Of a stretch of 12,691 nt of DNA, positions 9,631 through 12,691 are shown piece after piece. Made by a program: the position numbers and the translations under genes. Each line of letters opens with the position of its first letter. Positions within the stretch are counted from its first letter, which is position 1. The DNA is taken from the sequence record CAXNAH020000419.1; one strand, 5' to 3'. The notes under the pieces were generated by a model. The model saw only the letters and a list, made by a program, of their open reading frames with translations, was not told the origin of the DNA and made no database searches.

Positions 9631-9933
9631 ATGGACTTTATTCATTTTTTTTTTGTATCCACTTTATTATTTGTTATTGGTGTGGGAGGAGTTATTTTAA
9701 ATAGAACAAATATTGTTGTTGTTCTTATGTCTTTAGAGCTTGCTCTTCTTTCAGTAAGTTTAAATTTTATTATTTTTTCTGCTTGCTTAGGGGACCTTAC
9801 GGGGCAAATATTTGCTATTTTTATTTTAGTTATTGCAGCTTGTGAGTCTTCGGTAGGTTTAGCAATTATTTTAGTTTATTTTCGTGTTCGGGGAAGTATT
9901 CGTATTGATCAAGCATCTTTATTAAAATCTTAA
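9631..9933 (+). CDS. nad4L: NADH dehydrogenase subunit 4L, 100 aa
   Basis: Three-helix hydrophobic protein with ...LMSLELALLSVSLNF... and ...ILVIAACESSVGLAIILVYFRVRGSI..., typical of ND4L/NuoK. Confidence 0.93.
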   Translation: MDFIHFFFVSTLLFVIGVGGVILNRTNIVVVLMSLELALLSVSLNFIIFSACLGDLTGQIFAIFILVIAACESSVGLAIILVYFRVRGSIRIDQASLLKS

Positions 9934-9937
9934 AAAG

Positions 9938-10019
9938 GCTTCTATGGTGAAACTGGTAGACACGGCAGATTCAAAATCTTTTGTCTTTTGACGTGCTGGT
10001 TCGACTCCGGCTGGAAGTA
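9938..10019 (+). tRNA. trnL: tRNA-Leu (anticodon CAA), type II
   Basis: Acceptor gcttcta/tggaagt, anticodon loop ttcaaaa (the stem has one C-U mismatch), long variable arm, T arm gctgg-ttcgact-ccggc. Confidence 0.8.
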
Positions 10020-10025
10020 TTAAGT

Positions 10026-10412
10026 ATGATTCGAACTCAAACTCTTCTTAAAGTTGTAGATAATTCAGGAGCTAAATTAGTGAAATGTATTAAAGTAAAA
10101 AAAAAAGGTGGGAAAATGTCTGCTGGGGTTGGAGATATCGTTCTTGTTGCGGTTCAAACTTTAAGGCCACGTTATGGGAGGCGAGTAAGACTAAAAATGA
10201 ACAAATCAGAAGTTCACCATGGTGTAATTGTTCAAACACGTAAACTTTATCGGAATAAAAGTGGGGTAGGACAAAGTTTTAGTTCCAATTCTGTAGTTCT
10301 CGTAACACCACAATTAAAGCCTCTTGGTACTAGAATATCGGCAGTTCTTCCGTCACGATTAAGAGGCTTAAAATGGGCAAAATTGGCGGCAATGGCTAAA
10401 AGAATAATTTAA
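10026..10412 (+). CDS. rpl14: Ribosomal protein L14, 128 aa
   Basis: MIRTQTLLKVVDNSGAKLVKCIKV... is the canonical L14 N-terminus (MIQ..T.L.VADNSGAK...CI.V). The track start at TTG 9981 lies inside trnL(CAA). The ATG at 10026 is the 16th codon of that ORF. Confidence 0.94.
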   Translation: MIRTQTLLKVVDNSGAKLVKCIKVKKKGGKMSAGVGDIVLVAVQTLRPRYGRRVRLKMNKSEVHHGVIVQTRKLYRNKSGVGQSFSSNSVVLVTPQLKPLGTRISAVLPSRLRGLKWAKLAAMAKRII

Positions 10413-10420
10413 CAAATTTT

Positions 10421-10960
10421 ATGCATTCTTTTCAAAAACATTATTACGACGTAGTTCAAAAAGATTTAATTCTTAGTGAAAATCTTTCAACAGCATCTTT
10501 ATTGCCTGTACAAAAAAAAATTAGTTTATGTCTTGGGGGAGATAGTGTTAATGAAAATTATGTTATTGGGTCTCTCGCAGCTTTAAAAATTATTACGGGT
10601 CAAATGCCTTATTTGACTCAACAAAGACCAACTCATCAAAAAAATATTGGGTCTAAGGAAAGTGTAGGAGGCAAAATTACCCTCCGGGGGTCAAATATGT
10701 ATGCTTTTTTATATAAACTTTTATTTGATGTATTACCTCGTATAAAACAGTTTGAAGGCTTACGACCCCCAGCGCACAAAAATCTATATTGTTTTCTTTT
10801 AAAAGATATTTTTACTTTTCAGGAATTGGTACCTTTATTTCCTTATTTTGAAGATTTAGGTTCTCTTCAATGTCAATTTCATTTTACAACAAAAACAAAA
10901 GATGAGGTCGTAGTTCTTGGAAATAGTTTACAACTTTGTTTTATTCCTAATGAAAAGTAG
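10421..10960 (+). CDS. rpl5: Ribosomal protein L5, 179 aa
   Basis: The N-terminal HYYDVVQKDLILSENLSTASLLPVQKKISLCLG and the later GGKITLRGSNMYAFLYKLL match the L5 pattern (vG.kVTLRg..my.FL.rL). It follows rpl14 as in the spc operon, with rpl24 absent. Confidence 0.88.
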   Translation: MHSFQKHYYDVVQKDLILSENLSTASLLPVQKKISLCLGGDSVNENYVIGSLAALKIITGQMPYLTQQRPTHQKNIGSKESVGGKITLRGSNMYAFLYKLLFDVLPRIKQFEGLRPPAHKNLYCFLLKDIFTFQELVPLFPYFEDLGSLQCQFHFTTKTKDEVVVLGNSLQLCFIPNEK

Positions 10961-10965
10961 GAAAA

Positions 10966-11038
10966 GCGGAAGTAACTCAATTGGTAGAGTGTAAGCTTGC
11001 CAAGCTTAAAGCTGAGGGTTCAAATCCCTTTTTTCGCT
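10966..11038 (+). tRNA. trnG: tRNA-Gly (anticodon GCC)
   Basis: Acceptor gcggaag/ttttcgc (includes G.U pairs), anticodon stem taagc/gctta with loop ttgccaa, T arm gaggg-ttcaaat-ccctt. Confidence 0.88.
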
Positions 11039-11049
11039 TTTTTTAGGTT

Positions 11050-11436
11050 TTATTTTATTTTCTTTATTTGTAATAAAAAAAGACTTAAAATCTTTTTGTT
11101 TAAATTTTTTACATTAGTGTTTTCAAAATTTTTTATAGGGTACCATTTTTTTTCTATAGATACACCTATACAGTCTATTTTTGATGCTATTATTGGTATA
11201 TTTTTTTGCATGTCCTCAAGTTCATTATAAATTATTATAATAAGAGGATATCCTAAACCAAGTTTAGGAGGGTTTAAATATAAAGGTATAAAATATAATT
11301 TTGCGTTTTTTAAAAATAATCGTATTTCTGTAATCTTTGATGTTTTTAAGTTACTGGCATTAAAAAGAGCAAAAGTTTTTTGTTTAGACAAAAAAAATCT
11401 TTTTTTACGTAAATGTCGTTTTCTTGGTGTAAACAT
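11050..11436 (-). CDS. Hypothetical basic protein, 128 aa; possibly a very divergent ribosomal protein (weak L10-like pattern)
   Basis: The intact ORF starts with an ATG that shares one base with the rpl16 TAA (TAATG on the minus strand, 11434-11438). It has a basic N-terminus (RKRHLRKKR). The segment TFALFNASNLKTSKITEIRLFLKNAKLYF resembles bacterial L10 [29 protein letters not shown]. I recognise no confident family match. Confidence 0.6.
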   Translation of the reverse strand: MFTPRKRHLRKKRFFLSKQKTFALFNASNLKTSKITEIRLFLKNAKLYFIPLYLNPPKLGLGYPLIIIIYNELEDMQKNIPIIASKIDCIGVSIEKKWYPIKNFENTNVKNLNKKILSLFLLQIKKIK

Positions 11437-11849
11437 TAAAGTTTATAAATTTTTGATCTCACTGGAAGCTTATTTGCACCTGATTGTAAGGCTGGAATAC
11501 CTTGTTCAGCTTCTACACCGTATAATAAAAATATAGTTTTACCTGCGGATAAAGCAGCAATCCAATGGTTTACTTTACCTTTACCTTTACCCATACGGGC
11601 TGCAGAGGCTTTTTGGCTGGCAGCAATATCAGGGAAAACAGAGATTTCAAGTTTTCCCTCTCGTTTAACTTTACGTCTAATATTTTGGCGTGCTGCTTCT
11701 AGTTGTTTGCCATTTAAAAATGTAGATTCTGTCGCGACTAGAGCAAAACAATTTAAAGTTTTTAATTTATGTGTTTTTGTCGAATTATTTGGTATTTTTC
11801 GGGTTTTAAAGTATTTACGATATTTAGTCTTTTTAGGTTGGATCAGCAT
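11436..11849 (-). CDS. rpl16: Ribosomal protein L16, 137 aa
   Basis: MLIQPKKTKYRKYFK...LEAARQNIRRKVKREGKL...PDIAASQKASAARMGKGKGKVNHWIAALSAGKTIFLL matches L16 (MLQPKRTK.RK...G...QIEAAR.A..R....GK.WIR.FPD...T.KP.E.RMGKGKG....W.A.V.pG...fE). Confidence 0.95.
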   Translation of the reverse strand: MLIQPKKTKYRKYFKTRKIPNNSTKTHKLKTLNCFALVATESTFLNGKQLEAARQNIRRKVKREGKLEISVFPDIAASQKASAARMGKGKGKVNHWIAALSAGKTIFLLYGVEAEQGIPALQSGANKLPVRSKIYKL

Positions 11850-11857
11850 TAATCTTT

Positions 11858-12679
11858 TTATTTACAAATCCAAATTTTTAAACCAACGCTCCCGTATGCT
11901 GTTTGGGTTTGTGCATATCGAGCTTGAATATTTTTATCTAATTGACTTAAAGGCATTGATCCTATTTGATGTTTCCAGGAACGACTTCGTCCTTTAGCCT
12001 TATGAGTAAATCTTCCTTTTATTTGTATTTTGAAACCTTGAATTTCTTTATAAGGCTCTAAAGCTTTTAAAGCTTGTTTAATATATCCTAAAAATTGATA
12101 ATGTCTTTTTCGTCTTTGTCTTGAACATATATTTTGTTTTAAAAAATTTAAAAAGCTGGTAGCGTTTGCTTTATTTTTTAGTAATAAATATATAAGCTGC
12201 ATACCGTATCGAGCATAATCATATTTTGCACGGTTAAAGCCTTTGCTAAAGTATGCGAGCTGTTTTCGTGCAGGCTTAGGTATTGATCTTGTATAGGCTT
12301 TTAGTCTATTAATTTTTAAAGCTACTTTTTTTGTTCCTATAAAGCGTTGAATTAATTTAGTCGCCATATATAGTCTGCAAGCTACAATGGTCCAAGATTG
12401 TTTTTTTTTATTTTTTTTATTCTCTTTATAGCGTCTAGATACAAAGCGCCTTTTTGATCTAAAGTGTAAATGTATAAGATCAATTTCTATAATAATTAAT
12501 CCGAGGTGTCTATTTATTTGTATTTTATTTAAATAATGATTAGTTTCTGAGCAGCATGATTCTATAAGTTTATGTATGGTGGATATTATGTAATAAGATT
12601 TTGCTTCGTTCCAATGAGTTGGCCCTTGGTATGGGTCATTAGTGGTTCGTAAAATAATAGGGTGAGCTTTTTGTGCCAT
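11858..12679 (-). CDS. rps3: Ribosomal protein S3, 273 aa
   Basis: The N-terminus MAQKAHPIILR matches bacterial MGQKVHP.G.R. The C-terminal domain GFKIQIKGRF...IGSMPLSQLDKNIQARYAQTQTAYGSVGLKIWICK matches G.kv..sGRl.G....r.....G.vPL.tl.a.IDY....A.T.YG..GvKVWIfkG. It lies upstream of rpl16, as in the S10 operon. Confidence 0.93.
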   Translation of the reverse strand: MAQKAHPIILRTTNDPYQGPTHWNEAKSYYIISTIHKLIESCCSETNHYLNKIQINRHLGLIIIEIDLIHLHFRSKRRFVSRRYKENKKNKKKQSWTIVACRLYMATKLIQRFIGTKKVALKINRLKAYTRSIPKPARKQLAYFSKGFNRAKYDYARYGMQLIYLLLKNKANATSFLNFLKQNICSRQRRKRHYQFLGYIKQALKALEPYKEIQGFKIQIKGRFTHKAKGRSRSWKHQIGSMPLSQLDKNIQARYAQTQTAYGSVGLKIWICK

Positions 12680-12691
12680 TTATTTTTTTTT

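Noticed and set aside
9981-10025. N-terminal extension of the rpl14 ORF (TTG start at 9981)
   Set aside because: The TTG lies inside trnL(CAA). The conserved L14 N-terminus MIRTQT begins at ATG 10026. The same logic applies to the rps12 TTG at 8718, which lies inside trnL(UAG).
10997-11230. 77-aa plus-strand ORF, Phe-rich
   Set aside because: It starts inside trnG and runs antisense to ORF128. Its low-complexity poly-Phe/Ile composition simply mirrors the Lys/Asn-rich coding strand opposite it.
11707-11997. 96-aa plus-strand ORF
   Set aside because: It is antisense across the rpl16/rps3 junction. Both of those genes are confidently identified, and this ORF has no motif.
12401-12418. T9-A-T8 homopolymer runs inside rps3
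   Set aside because: On the coding strand these encode a Lys-rich linker (KKNKKKQ) and the frame stays open through them. They are only a caution for sequencing-error frameshifts, not a biological feature.

Overview
AT-rich, very compact organellar DNA. I read it as a mitochondrial genome fragment of a stramenopile (ochrophyte, brown-alga-like) type. It holds a nearly complete, intron-less large-subunit rRNA (rnl), 16 tRNA genes, and bacterial-type gene blocks: atp9, rps8-rpl6-rps2-rps4-nad1, tatC on the minus strand, rps12-rps7-nad4L, rpl14-rpl5, and rps3-rpl16-ORF128 on the minus strand. The standard genetic code fits: trnW has anticodon CCA, Trp codons I checked in nad1 are TGG, and rps8 stops at TGA. 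TAA and TAG are also used as stops, and every accepted start is ATG. Genes are packed with 0-11 nt spacers or short overlaps, and tRNAs flank most coding blocks. I found no CRISPR array, transposon, phage module or defence-like system. The points worth a second look are: (1) an unlisted 42-codon ORF next to tatC with TatA-like architecture; (2) a perfect 30-bp-arm palindrome just downstream of rnl-trnK; (3) an unassigned 128-codon basic ORF joined to rpl16 by a TAATG overlap, with a weak L10-like pattern; (4) a 54-nt convergent overlap of nad1 and tatC. The taxon call and both ORF function proposals are inference from motifs read by eye. No database search was possible.
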